NCBI GenBank assembly: GCA_010015585.1
Contig: ML975177.1
Source of the DNA: Eremomyces bilateralis CBS 781.70
Lineage: Eukaryota
Reading direction: 5' to 3' (one strand)
Length of the DNA: 64,000 nucleotides
The translations under genes and the position numbers were made by a program. Below, one piece after another: positions 1 to 13,376 of the stretch (position 1 is the stretch's first letter; every line of letters starts with the position of its first letter). Below the pieces are notes generated by a model. The model searched no databases, was not told where the DNA came from, and saw nothing but the letters and a program-made list of their open reading frames with translations.

Positions 1-973
1 TTGACACCTTGTCGCCTTATAGGTTGTATTTATGCCTTGGCGCCTTGGCGCCTTGACGCCCTAAACGCCTGCTAGTACCAGCAGCAGTGGGAACGCGGTC
101 TAAACCTCCAATCCCCCCAGAATGATCTCCTCCTCCATGTCCATATCCATCCCCACACCCACTTTTGTCGCTCTCCCAATCCCATATCTCCTCTCCTGAT
201 GGCTACTTTATCCTTTTCATCCTGTTACTACCTGGTCCTGTCGGCATCTCCGGTCTCCTTTTGATCCATTCTGTATTCCACCCGTCCTTGTGCAGCATCT
301 GTCGTTGTTGGTGGTGACGTGCGTGGTCCTGCACCCACATGTCAGCTGTCTCTCGCCATTTCATTTCCCAAACCACGAAAGAAAAAAAACGCTGGGCGGC
401 CAATTCTCTCATCCTCTGCAGCCGACACGAGTTCTACGTTCCGGTCGACTTCTCTGCTCTTGACCGGATTCAATTCTAGAGCTTCGACCGCCCGACTCGG
501 ATATCCTCCGGAGAATATCGCGTTCGGTCGTTCTTCACCTCCCGCTCGCTCCTTCCTTCTCCAGGATTGGGAATCTCGTACGATGATTTAGCAGCGTGGT
601 CGGTCGTGGTCGGGTTTGTGTATACCGGTGTAAAGAACTAAATATCCGAGGTTCTCCGTCTTTCTTCGATCCAACTTCGACTCTCGTTTCCCTTCCTGCC
701 GGGCGTCGAGGGGTCGTCCCCCGCCGACATTCGATATCAAGCGCGACATCCACGCGTCGTCCTCAGCATCTGTACGGAAGATTCGCCATGAACTCCCTCG
801 CTGGATCTGTCTGATCGATTCGGAATCTGGCAGCCCATTGGCATGTCGGGAGGACAATTGCACGTTCGGGGATATTGTCAATATACTGGGAAACGGTCTG
901 CCGTTAGGTACATTTTACGTTTGGCACGCTTCATCTCGCGTCGTTCGTTTGTTCTGAACTTCGTTCCTTATAA

Positions 974-3900
974 ATGGCCGACGAGAAGAGCACCATGGCA
1001 TGCGATGCCGATAAGCCCGATAGTCAACAGGAAGGGCAACCCATCACGATGGTTAGGTCTGCCAGCGAGGACATGAGAGAAGAACGTCAAGATCTGAAGG
1101 AGGCGGCGGAGCACAATCTCAACGTCATCGTCGATCTTACCCTCGATGGCCGCATCCGTTGGGTGAGTCCGTCCTGGCTGGATGTCATCGGAACGGACCC
1201 GGACAGCGTCAAGGGGAAGCCAATCGCAGATTTCATTGTCGGAGAGGACAAGTCAATATTCGCCAATGCCGTGGAGCGCATACAGCAAGATGATTCGAGG
1301 AGCAAGATCATACGTTTTCAGACTGAAATGGGCCCACTATCGAAGATTGGGAAACGAAGGCAGCTTCCCCATGCTGCCGAGGAGAGCACAGCCCCTGTAT
1401 CGGACGAAGTCGGTGAAGCCGCTCCGGCGTCTGAGAAACCGGAGGCCGAGACTGGAGAACAGGATGTGCCAGAGGATGTCGATCTTACCCTGGAGCTTGA
1501 AGCTCAAGGGATCATCGTGTTCGATCGAGCCTCTGGCGGCGAGAGTCATGTAAGTCTTCTTTGTCTCAAGACATTATGGTTGGGTCTAACTTTTATAGAC
1601 AATGTGGATGATGCGTCCCACTGTGATCAGGGAGGTTACCATCGATCTTCCTAGCGTTCTCGTCGATGCCCTTGGTGTCGGCGCAGAGATGCTAGCCCAC
1701 TACCTTAATCAATTGACCGAATCCGGCGCAAGCCAAGATGAGACCGGCGAACTCCCTCCCCCGCCTCCCGTCCTTTGCCGGATTTGCGAGCGTCAGATAC
1801 CTCCCTGGTGGTTTGAAAGGCATACCGAACTCTGCCTCCAAGAACATAAAGCGGAAATGGAGGTTCAGATGGCCCATGAGAACCTCACCGATCACCGTAA
1901 CCTGATCGTTAAAGTCCTGGATGGTCTCGAGGCCCAAAGCCGGCAATCTCGCCAACCGCCAACTTCCGGGGAATTGAGTGTTACGCCTCCAGCGCTGCCT
2001 GAATACAAAGGTCATCGCATTGGACCGCTGTCGAATCCTTCCTCGACCCCTTCTTCAGGTCGAGCATCACCTGCAACACCGCCGTCCCGCTCCAGAGAAC
2101 GGCCTGTATCCGGGCTCGGACACCGGCGAGGAAGGTCATTTGCGGTTCGCCGCCCCATTGCTCGGATTGTAGAGCTGGTTTTGGACCTTTGCGATACGGC
2201 TCTCGAAATTAACACTCCTGTTCTGAAGGAGACACCTGGCCAACAACTGGGCGAGTTTCGCACGCAGTCCCCGCAATCGGAAAACCACCTGTCGCAGGTA
2301 ATGCAATGGCAATCACCAAGCACGAGTACATTGCAAGAAGATCAAGGCCTCTCTACTTTATGTGAAGACACCGCAAAGCTCGCGAAGATCAAGGTTGATG
2401 CCATCCTTCGCCACCGCCGCATCCTCGAATATTCCGAGCGGATACGCGTTGAATTCGAGCTCCTGGTGAGGGAGTGCATCGAAGCCGCTATACGTAAAGC
2501 GAACCGCATCGCAGCTGGCGAAGACTCCACTTCTAGTGAAGATGATGAACGCGAAAGTGTGGCGGATCGAATGTCGGAACATCAATCAGAACACCGAAGC
2601 GTAATGGGGACAAACGAGACTCCACCAGAAGAAGGCATTTTCCCCGCGTCGTTCGAACGCCCGTCGTCAATGTCCATGGCTATGGCGTTGCATAATCGCT
2701 CGGATCCGAACCTTCTCAACCAAGGCCGGCGCTCCTCGTCCGCTGCTAATTCCGCTCGCTCCAGCAGTCCACGGGGAGGACAGACACCCCGGTCCCACGG
2801 TGGCGCGATGAGCTTCGTGCCGCACAGCAAACGGGGCTCCATGATGTTTGAAAGCGATGCCGGTGCCGATAGTGATAGCAGTGTTCATTCCTCCATCCTT
2901 TCAAGTGTAAGACGAGCTGAATCACCGGGATCCGAGATCGGTCTCTCCCGTGTTGCCAGCCATCGAGACGGGAAGAGGAAAAGTCTTGTTCTATCCAGCG
3001 TCATGTCCAGCCGTCAACAGTCTCCAGCGAGGCCAATACCCATTCAACCCGGTTCTCCTCTTAAGCTGGCCAAGGGGAAACATTCAAGTTCTGTTGAAGC
3101 CCAATCGCCATTGGTATCTCCTATTCTGTCGACTGGCGACTTCTCAAGCCCAGCGATGCAACAAGTGCTTCATCACCGTCGTCAGTCATCTGCAGCGTCC
3201 TCCGAGGTTACGAGACCTCCCCTTTCTCCAAAGCTTGCTGCGGCGGCGACCCATCCGCAACCTCGAGCCGTCGCGCCGTCTATCAAAGATTTTGAGATCA
3301 TCAAACCAATCAGCAAGGGTGCCTTCGGCAGTGTCTATCTGTCGAAGAAGAAGTCCACTGGAGACTACTATGCGATCAAAGTTCTTAAAAAAGCGGACAT
3401 GGTTGCCAAAAATCAAGTCACCAATGTCAAGGCGGAGCGTGCGATCATGATGTGGCAAGGCGAAAGCGATTTCGTCGCTAAACTCTTCTGGACGTTCTCA
3501 AGCAAGGACTACCTGTACCTCGTTATGGAATACCTGAACGGTGGCGATGTTGCGTCGTTGATCAAAGTCCTTGGAGGCTTACCGGAGGATTGGGCAAAGA
3601 AATACCTGGCGGAGATTGTGCTTGGAGTGGATCACTTGCACAGCAGAAACATTATCCACCGGGATCTCAAACCAGACAATCTTCTCATCGACCAGAAGGG
3701 CCACCTGAAATTGACCGATTTTGGACTCTCGCGCATGGGCTTGATTGGGAGACAGAAACGCGCTCTCAATTCCAAGACCGAAGAGCCCGCGCCGGATCTG
3801 CTGAAGCAAGGTCCTTTTCATCGTGCAACATCCATTACGTCGTCTCGATCCACGTCTTTTGATTTTCATGGTAATAATTCCCCTTCCCAAACACCGAGTC

Positions 3901-6900
3901 TGACTCCCGCCTTGACTGGCGAGATTGGTACCCCATCGTACTTCAGCCTCAATCGGGAGAACTCCAAGAGTCGGGACAATTCACGACGGACGTCGGGCCA
4001 TCGAAGTGACAGTGAACATAGCGAGGCACTGCAGATGATGTTCCGAAAATTCTCCCTGGTCGATGAGCCCGGGTCGCAACATACTCGTACCATACCGATC
4101 GAGGAAGAAGCCGCATCCGATATGAGCTCGCCTGACCCAAGCCAGCCGGGTTCACTCTCTCACGCCAACACGAACCTGTCAGAGGGCAACAGTCATGGTG
4201 GTACCACTCAAAACAGCACCCCTCCGAACGCAAGCATGCTCCCGCCGCCAATGGCACTATTCGATCCAAAGGATACCTCCCGCCGGTTCGTCGGCACTCC
4301 AGATTACCTGGCACCGGAAACCATCCACGGTGTTGGACAGGACGAAACAAGTGATTGGTGGTCTTTGGGATGCATCCTGTTCGAAATGCTCTACGGATAT
4401 CCACCTTTTCACGCCGATACCCCCGACCAGGTTTTTCAAAACATCTTGGACCGTAAGATCGACTGGCCGACCGAGGAACAAGACCCGGTTTCGCCCGAAG
4501 CAAAAGATTTGATGAACAAGCTTATGTGTTTGGATCATAGGAGCCGGCTTGGAAGCAATGTCGATGACAACTATTCGAGTGGTGGCGAGGAGATCAAGGC
4601 TCACCCATGGTTTGCCGGTGTCAATTGGACTACCGTACAGCAAGATGAAGCATCATTTGTTCCCCAGCCAGAAAACCCAGAGGATACGGACTACTTCGAT
4701 TCACGGGGAGCGACGATCCAAACTTTTGCTGCCGAATTCGAAGATCAAGGCAGCCCTTCCGGGGGCACGTCCGGAGACTTCGAACGTCCGCATGACGCTC
4801 TTGCGAAGGTTCGCAATCAAGTCAACAACCTGAAACGTGGCGGCTTGATGCCCTTGCACATTCCTCCCCATGTACGAGACGGACGAAATCGGCGCTTGAG
4901 CGAACCGGTGGCTGCTGATGACTTTGGCAACTTTGCGTATAAGAACCTCCCGATGCTAGAAAAAGCCAACAAGGACGTTATCCAGAAGCTGCGCGCGGAA
5001 GCAATGCAGGCCCAAAACAAGAACAGCGCAGCGGTGTCTAGCCCGTCCGCTGCTGCATCGCCTGCTCCTAGCCTTGAAGCGAGTCCGGTGCTTCCCTCTA
5101 CTATCAAGCGCACGATGAGTTCCAATAAAGGTTCAACGCGGCCAGTATCGCCGCTCCTGATGAATCACTTGAATCAATCTCCCAACCGAGCATCGCAGCC
5201 GTCAAGTCCCTTGTTAGTGTCATTCAGCACTGGGCATCATGAACGGAGGAAGACATCTGGATCCTCCACTGGCTCGCAACAGCCACAGCCGCCATCATTA
5301 CAGCCTGGGGGGCTATTTGATCCGCCGAGACTTACTGCGAGTAGCTCGTCTGTGTCAGCTACGTCATCGCCTATCAAATTGGCCAAGTCACCCGGACATA
5401 TGACACAGGACAGAACGTTGTCGTTGCACAAGCACTCGAGCTCCCAATCACAGTCTGGACAAGTTACTTCTCCTCGCGCGCGATCACAAACGACAAGCTC
5501 ACAAGAGGGCCCAGTCAAGGATTTAATTCCTAACCACCACAAGCGACGAAGCCAGGTGCCCGACATTTCTCCGTCGTCTTCGGATACGGAAGAGTCCCGG
5601 CAAAAAGCGCTGCTTCGGGTTCAACGACGTCGGCAATCCTCCCGCCGGCTATCACAGATTACCCTTAATGACGGACCCATCTTCCGTCCGCTTGATGTGC
5701 TCATTTGCGAGGACCATCCCGTGTCTCGATACGTCATGGAGAAGCTCCTCGAGAAGCTCCGTTGCCGTACCATCTCCGTCCAGAGCGGACCCGAAGCGGT
5801 TCGATATGCGATGTCCGAAGTCAAATTCGATATCATCATGATGGAGTACCGGCTGCCGCAGATCAACGGCGCAGATGTCGCACGCATGGTTCGGGACACG
5901 AAGAATCCGAACAGCCCGACACCCATTGTGTGCGTGACCGGCTACTTGAAGGATCTCCAAGCACCGCATCATTTCGATGCGCTGATCGAAAAGCCGCCGA
6001 CAATCGCCAAATTTACCGAGGTTCTCACCCGCTTGTGTCAGTGGAAACCGGCACCCCCGGGCTGGACGCCGTCTCAGGCGTACCCATATCCCAGTCCGCA
6101 CTCCTCAACTCCCGGTTCTGCCATTCCGCCCTCGGCGTTGCGTATGGAGTCGTCGCGTGCTGAGGATAGTCCCGTGAGTCAGTCCAGCTCATTCGCAGCG
6201 ATGCCCTCCGCCAGTTATCGTGGCTCGAGCCGAGCCGATAGCATTAGTTCCTCGTTCTTCGGCGAGGTCGACGCACGGTCGACGTCCGATACGAATGAGT
6301 CGATCCCGGTTGTGGTCGCTCGCGGCCATGCGGCGGACGAGTGGAGGGATAAAGACCTGGCGAGCCGGCTTGGAGGATTGGGTATTAGCGAGGAGCCTTT
6401 GACGTCGGAAGTTGAAGACACCAAGCCTCTATCCCATCCTTTCGCGCCGTCTAGTCTTCTTCACCAGCAGATTTCCGCTCGTCCTGCACCTGAACAGCCG
6501 GTGCCTCGGACCCCTTCCCAACCGCAGGCTGCCCCTTTGCCGCAGAGTCCAAAGCAAACACCCGAGACAGCAAGGTCACGGTCGCCCGGTCTTCAAGCCC
6601 ATCCGAATACGACTGTACGAAAGAAATCCAACGAACGCTCGCGTGTTGCCTCGAGCTCCAGCGCCGGGCCTCCTGACGACGCCAGCTTTGCCGGCGACGA
6701 AGACGAGGAACTTGGCGACGTCAAGGTGCGCGCCAAGAGCCCCAAGCACCGGGCCCGAGGATCCAGCAAACTGGGCACGGAGATGCTCCGCACCAATTCA
6801 AGAGGTAGCGTGGTGAGCGTTGAAGACCTGCCAGGGATGCGCGGCCCGGTGGACGGAGGGAAGCATGACGATGATGAATCGAACAAGACGGAATTGGCTG

Positions 6901-7262
6901 TGGCGCACGCGCCTGCGGTTCCGACAGTGGAAGAGGACAAGGATGCGGAAGCCGATGGCGACGAGACGATTATCATCACCTCACCCGACGAACAGGAGTC
7001 CGAAGCCGGTCTCGAGGAAGATGTGCCGGCACACCTTCCATCGGACGCGGATAGTTCCAGGCCGGCTTCGCGGACCGAGAACAAAGCATCCCTCACACCC
7101 CCTGAGATCTTCCATCCTGTTCCTGGGGGCACATTCGGGGCCATGGAGATCCCCGACGATGTACGCGGCCAACCCCAGACGCCTGCGCGCGAGGATTGGC
7201 CCGCGGAGGCAGATGTGGACGCCACGCCTCGTCCGGCAGCTCCAGCGAAGGATGCGGCCTAG
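974..7262 (+). CDS. RIM15: Rim15/Cek1-type Ser/Thr kinase (PAS, C2HC finger, split AGC kinase domain, C-terminal receiver domain)
   Basis: Exon 1 974-1549 (PAS-like), intron 1550-1598 (GTAAGT...CTAAC...TAG), exon 2 1599-7262 in frame. Motifs: CRIC..H..C, ISKGAFGSVY, AIK, HRDLKPDN, DFG, long insert, then GTPDYLAPE, and a REC domain (LICEDHP...FDIIMME...KP). Confidence 0.95.
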
Positions 7263-8485
7263 ATCCTCAACCCCCTTTTCAAGGACCATTTCCTATGTAC
7301 GTTTATACAGATTGTGGTTTTGCAAAGCATGGTGTTGGTGGATCGCGCACGGATAGTTTGTATTGCTGGTTGGTCGTCGCCAACAAGACTCGATCGTCCT
7401 TCCTCTCATTTGTGTTCTGTTTTTTGGTCCCTGGCTGCTTTTCTTTTGGGCCCGGAAAATTGTCTCCCTTTACGATATCATGAGGTTTGGTTGGGGCCGT
7501 GTTTCGCCGCCAAACGAAATGGGTCATCCCTGCGTGGATTCCAAAGGCTCGCCAAATTGATCGCGTATCGTTTGCTTTCCTACCTCTCCTTTCTTTGCTG
7601 TGGGCCAAATCGGAGGGCTGTGGTGGAGATCTGTACGACTACGCAAGAACTCCTCTCCCTATTTCACGCCCTGCGAGTATGGCAAAGACGGGGTATGGCA
7701 CCCAAGTTGTGTGCCTGTTGTTAACGGCGGATGGCGAAGGGCTTCTGAAAGCAAGACTGGGAAGAATTTGGCTCCGTTGCAGTTGTGGATCGCGTGGGCT
7801 CGAGGCAGATGTTATAATCGTCCTGTTGAACTCTGGTTTCAATGGACTTGTGGATCGTGTCGTTTGCTTTGCATTGAGATGTATGCTAAGAATAGCTTCC
7901 GCTGATCGATTGAACAAGCGAGGAATTTCCCGAACACTCAAGACGCAATGTGATGAATCTTTAAGTTCAATTGTAGATGTATGTGAATATAGCATCCTAC
8001 TACCAAGCGATGGATACGAATCTATGAAGCGGTCCCGCCGCGTTCACTAGGTCTTATTTGCTGTATACCGGATTAGCTGCGTAGCCATCTTGGCCAGCTC
8101 TCGGCGCTTCCAGCTACACAAATCGATATATGTTATCTGTCCTTTTTAACGGACAAGCCTTGGACATAAATCCCGTAAACATAGAGCTCGATGAGACCCC
8201 GTTCGTTTGGCTGACCATTCTGCGCATTATCATATCATATTAAGTCATCAAAGAACTGATTGATTCTAGACACCATTTATTGACATGCAACTGACATTGC
8301 TGCCACTAAGGTAACAACGAAACCGCGATTGGTTCGGACCAACGATCTGGGCTCTACTGTAATCAATTTTCTGGAGTATATCCAGCCTACCTGAAGGATC
8401 GACGATGCAGTTTGTACGAATTGGTCCGTTTTGATTATGGCCTATAACTAACCCACGTCCATAGAAAGTATCTCCCGCAGCCAAC

Positions 8486-9738
8486 ATGCCCTCTGGATCC
8501 AGCGTCGAGATACCAAAACATATGCGGGCATGGACACACACTCGATCCGGCCCGCCGACCGCCGTCCTCTCCCTCTCCACCATCCCCGTCCCCGCCCTCC
8601 CAACCGAAACCTCGGTGCTCATCCGCGTCTCCCACGCGTCGCTGCACCCCGGAGCAGCCATCATGATCCACCTCGTGCCGGTCCTCTTCCGCAAATCCCC
8701 CGCCGTCGCGGAGACGGATTTTTCAGGGGTCGTGGTCGCTGTCGGGTCGAAAGTGCCCGTGTCGCTCCCTCTGAGTGTCGAGGAAGGGGGTTCAGAGAGC
8801 GGGCGGTGTTTCCCGGTCGGCACGCCGGTCTTTGGCACCGTGCCTGTTGGTTCGCATCTGGGGGCCGCACAGGGTGCGCTGGCCGAGTATGTGGCCGTAG
8901 ACGTCGGGATGATCGCTCGAAAACCGTCGGATATGCCGTTTGACCAAGCAGCAGCGCTCGCGGTATCGGGAGCCACTGCTATGGACGTATTCGACGCTGC
9001 GAAGTTACAATTCTCGTCGCGGTGTCTTATCAATGCATCCTGCGGTGGGATCGGGCATCTGGTGGTCCAGCTAACCCGTGACGCCGTGGGCACCAATGGT
9101 CACATTGTGGGGATTTGCTCGGAAGCAAATGCAGCGACGGCAAGAGAGTTAGGCTGCGATGAGACTGCGGATTACAAACCCTCGACAACCGGGGAAACAC
9201 TACAACAGCACCTGGCGAAGGACCATGCGGTCGATTCTGAGACGGCATTCGATGCCATCATAGATGCACATGGGAGCCAAGAGTTATGGCTTGCCGCGCC
9301 GACGTTCCTGAAGCCCGGAAACGAGCATCCGTACGCGACCGTCGGTCCCAAATTCATGGCCTATTCGATGGTCGGGATGCTAAATGCCGTCGCCAAGATG
9401 ATTGGGAACTCTGCCACCCCCGTTTGGCTCGGCGGCGTACCAAGAGCGTACAGCCAAGTTGCGTCATTTGTCGACACGGCTCGTTTAGAGAGACTTAGAG
9501 AATTGGTTGAGAAAGGGCAATTGCGAGTCATAATTGGCAGTAAATGGGACATGGACGGGGCCCCAAAGGTAAACCTGATCAGCCTTCTAGCGTGAATGGT
9601 GAGAATACCGACCAGAACAATTGACCAGCTGACTTTTAATGACAGGCGTACGAGAAGATGCAGAGTGGACATGGAACTGGGAAGATAGTAATCAAGGTCT
9701 GGGAACCTGAGATGAAGAGCACCGAGGATATGACCTGA
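8486..9738 (+). CDS. Medium-chain dehydrogenase/reductase (quinone-reductase/RTN4IP1-like oxidoreductase)
   Basis: ORF with ETDFSGVVVAVG, GALAEY and INASCGGIG. Intron 9569-9645, last exon AYEKMQSGHGTGKIVIKV...TGA at 9738. Confidence 0.85.
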
Positions 9739-10138
9739 AGGAATAACGCAGAGCATACCTGTACTCAGAGTTTCTTTCAGACCAGTATACACGTATAAAC
9801 CATAATGTGTGAGACGACCGATGAAATTTAGGAAGCCTATGATGCGGCTCAAGGGATGTGAGTTATGCGAAGGAAACTAAACTGTGATGCAGTTCATGCA
9901 CTGGAGTCGACGATGGATGATGATGGCAGGTGGTCCGTGCACCGAGTCGATCTGAGGAGTGAGGAATGAGGAATTGGGGATCTTCAACATCATCGCCAGC
10001 CCGACTCCGCGAGCAATCCAGCTACTAAATTTCTCCGCTCGCCCAAGTCAATCAAAACTCGAATGCTCCTCTGACTTTACGAATTATACCCGGCCCGGAC
10101 ACGCAGAAACACGCCGAAGCGCCTGTCGAGACCACACG

Positions 10139-10720
10139 ATGCTGTTCTTTAGGTAGGTGATCTTCTACCCTCCAGCTGTCCCGCTCAACGCCCCACACCC
10201 TATCCTATATCCGCCCTATATACTTCCATCGAGCAGACATTAACGTGAATCAGCTTCTTCAAGACCCTCGTGGACCACAAGGTCACCGTGGAGCTCAAGA
10301 ACGACATCCAGATCGAAGGGACGTTGAAGAGTGTGGACCAGTACCTGAACATCAAGCTGGACGACATCACGGTGGTGGAAGAGATTCGATGGCCACATCT
10401 GGTGAGTTCTTTTATCGACGCACATCATCGATCTTGCCTTGGATTGCCTACATGAATTCTTGGCATCGTCGATTACTGTGCTCATCCCTCAGTCGAATCT
10501 ACCCATGTGCTAACCTTGCCTATTAGAGTTCCGTCAAGAACATCTTCATCCGAGGGAGTGTCGTACGATACGTCCACCTTCCCGCAGCAGATGTCGACAC
10601 CGCATTACTTGAAGACGCAACGAGAAGAGGTATGTGCTTATAGGATGCGTTCGGATTGAGCAAGGACTGACGCCCGCCACAGAGGCTGCCCAAACATCGG
10701 CCCGCGCGAGACAGGGCTAG
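10139..10720 (+). CDS. LSM2: U6 snRNA-associated Sm-like protein Lsm2
   Basis: Four exons (10139-10152, 10254-10401, 10527-10629, 10683-10720) splice to MLFFSFFKTLVDHKVTVELKND...SVKNIFIRGSVVRYVHLP...DATRRE. Confidence 0.95.
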
Positions 10721-11299
10721 TCAAATTCTTGTATCGGGACATGAACATATATCCGGTACGGATCACGACGGTTCCCGTCTACGCCGGCGTGGGGTGGCTA
10801 TACCGTGAAGGTCCACGCTACCTGTAGACGGACGAATACCGAGACCGGAAGCGATGGTCACGAATAATATTCAGAACTCACACTGATGGGAGTGAGTGGG
10901 CCGAAAGCAGGGAGATGCTCCAGGTTTGGGTTCTTAGGAACTAAAAGGTTGGATAAAAGGGCTCGAGCTACCTTCAGTGGATGCTACCGGTTCCGACCAA
11001 CATCTGAAGGAGCAAAGAAGGGGGTAAGTAAAGTCATGATGCATCGTGGGTGAAGGCGGTGTTTTCCCACTGAAACATGCGGATGGCAGTCTTCTTAAGA
11101 CGCCACTACAAATATCCAATATATTAATGAAGCACATGTTCGATGCAACACGTAAGGGACAGTGATCCAATGCAGGAAGCACAGGCATGCACAATTTAAT
11201 ACAGCTTGATGGTCCATCATCCATGTCTGATTCATCGACCAATCATCTTTGTTTGGGATGCCTAGCCAAGTTGTTGGCCCCTGTGCCCCTCTGCTGGTT

Positions 11300-11353
11300 T
11301 GAATGGTTGAATGGTTGAATGGTTGAATGCCTGAATGCCTGAATGCCTCAATG
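11300..11353. repeat. 8-bp tandem repeat (TGAATGGT)x3 (TGAATGCC)x3
   Basis: Read directly, about 300 bp upstream of the tubulin ATG. Confidence 0.85.
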
Positions 11354-11646
11354 TCTTACTGCCTGAGCGCCTAAGGCTTGATTGAGACAGAGGGGTCCAA
11401 CTGCAAGCCCAATTGTTCGGCAAGAGGGTGGTTAGTGCGCCGCCAACGGTTCCTTCCCCCACCATAAACAACGCCTCGCCCATGTTCACCGCTTCATTCA
11501 TCAAAGCTCAACACCACCACCACTCCACCACCACTAACTTCTCCTCCACACCTATCCCTCTCTCATTCTTTTCCCAATACACTTGCATATTTTCCCGTCC
11601 TGGTTAACTTTCAATTACTCGCAATCTTTGGTGATAGCTTGACAAT

Positions 11647-13376
11647 ATGCGGGGTGAGGTATGTTTGGTCCCATCTATCCTATCTTTGGCGTCCAGGCTC
11701 CAACATTTACCCCTGAGGAATGTTTATGCTGATCAAGGTACCCCAATATTCAGATATGCCACATCCATATCGGCCAGGCTGGTACTCAGCTTGGCAACAG
11801 TGCTTGGGAACTGTACGTCCTCTCCTCGCGTTTCCGACAAGTCATCCGTGGTCGGAGGTTCGCCTGGACTGTTATCACTAACGCCGCGGGGTACACAGCT
11901 ATCTTCTCGAACATGGCCTGAAAGCGGACGGTCGCCCGGATCCTGAGGCTGGCGAGCAGACGGAAGGAGGGTCTTTTGAGACCTTCTTCACGGAGACTGG
12001 CAGCGGAAAATATGTCCCGCGGTCCATCTTTGTCGACCTCGACCCTTCGGTACGGATCGAACCTCAATCAGTTCGGGCATTTTCACTAACATGGGACCAG
12101 CCCATCGACGAAATCCGCACCGGCAAATACCGCCAGTTGTTCCATCCGGAGCTTCTTATCAGCGGCAAAGAGGACGCCGCCAACAACTGTATGCACAACA
12201 AACACGCCTTGGACCTATCGATATTGACCTGCTGCAGATGCGCGTGGACACTACACAATCGGAAAGGAGCTCGCGGACAGCGTTATCGATCGCATTCGAC
12301 GTGTTGCCGGTATGTGATGGATACAAAACAAGGTGGACGAGCAGTTCTAACCTGCGGTAGACAACTGCAGCTCCCTGCAAGGCTTCTTGATCTTCCACTC
12401 CTTCGGTGGTGGCACGGGATCCGGCTTCGGGGCTCTCCTCCTCGAGCGACTCTCCACCGACTACGGCAAGAAGTGCAAACTCGAATTCGCCGTGTACCCC
12501 TCCCCGCGCGTATCCACTTCCGTCGTCGAGCCGTACAACGCCGTCCTGAGCACCCACAGCACCATCGAGAACTCCGATTGCACGTTCCTCGTCGACAATG
12601 AAGCCGTCTACGACATCTGCCGTCGGAACTTGGATATCCCGCGCCCAGACTTCGAGCATTTGAACCGCCTGATCGCGCAGGTGGTCAGCTCCATCACCTC
12701 CAGTCTTCGCTTCGATGGCGCGCTCAACGTCGACTTGAACGAGTTCCAGACCAACTTGGTGCCCTATCCTCGCATCCACTACCCGCTCATCAGCTATGCG
12801 CCGGTCATCTCCGCCGAAAAGAGCTCCCACGAGAGCCACAAGGTCAACGATCTGACCTTCCAATGTACGTGCACCGATCAGCTATTACCCTTCAACGCTA
12901 ACTCCCCAGGCTTCGAGCCCAACAACCAGATGGTAGTCTGCGATCCCCGCAACGGCAAATACATGGCCGTCGCCCTCCTCTACCGTGGCGACGTCGTCCC
13001 CCGCGACTGCACCGCCGCCATTGCCGCCGTCAAAGCCAAAGCCTCCTTCAACCTCGTCGAGTGGTGCCCCACCGGCTTCAAGCTCGGCATCAACTACACC
13101 CGCCCCGCGCGCGTCCCCGGCTCCGAGCTCGCCCCCGTCGACCGCTCTGTCAGCATGCTGTCCAATACCACCGCTATCGCGGAGGCCTGGAGCCGGCTCG
13201 ACCATAAGTTCGACCTGATGTACTCGAAGCGCGCATTCGTGCATTGGTATGTTGGGGAAGGGATGGAGGAGGGGGAGTTCAGTGAGGCAAGGGAGGATTT
13301 GGCGGCGCTGGAGAAGGATTACGAGGAGGTGGCTGCCGACAGCCTTGAGGAGGAAGAGGACGTGGGAGAGTATTAG
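11647..13376 (+). CDS. tubB: Alpha-tubulin, MRGE-/tubB-type paralog
   Basis: Multi-exon gene: [24 protein letters not shown]..., [29 protein letters not shown], acidic C-terminus ending GEY. Confidence 0.93.

Noticed and set aside
7303..8050. Overlapping 100-187-aa ORFs downstream of RIM15
   Set aside because: Mostly non-ATG starts with no motifs; consistent with 3'UTR or intergenic sequence.
9917..9955. ATGATGA...CTGA resembling C/D snoRNA boxes upstream of LSM2
   Set aside because: The boxes are under 40 nt apart and I could identify no rRNA-complementary guide.
12159..13244. Long antisense ORFs over tubulin (likewise over erdS, RIM15, ABP1 and the esterase)
   Set aside because: Shadow ORFs caused by high GC3 codon bias of the real genes.
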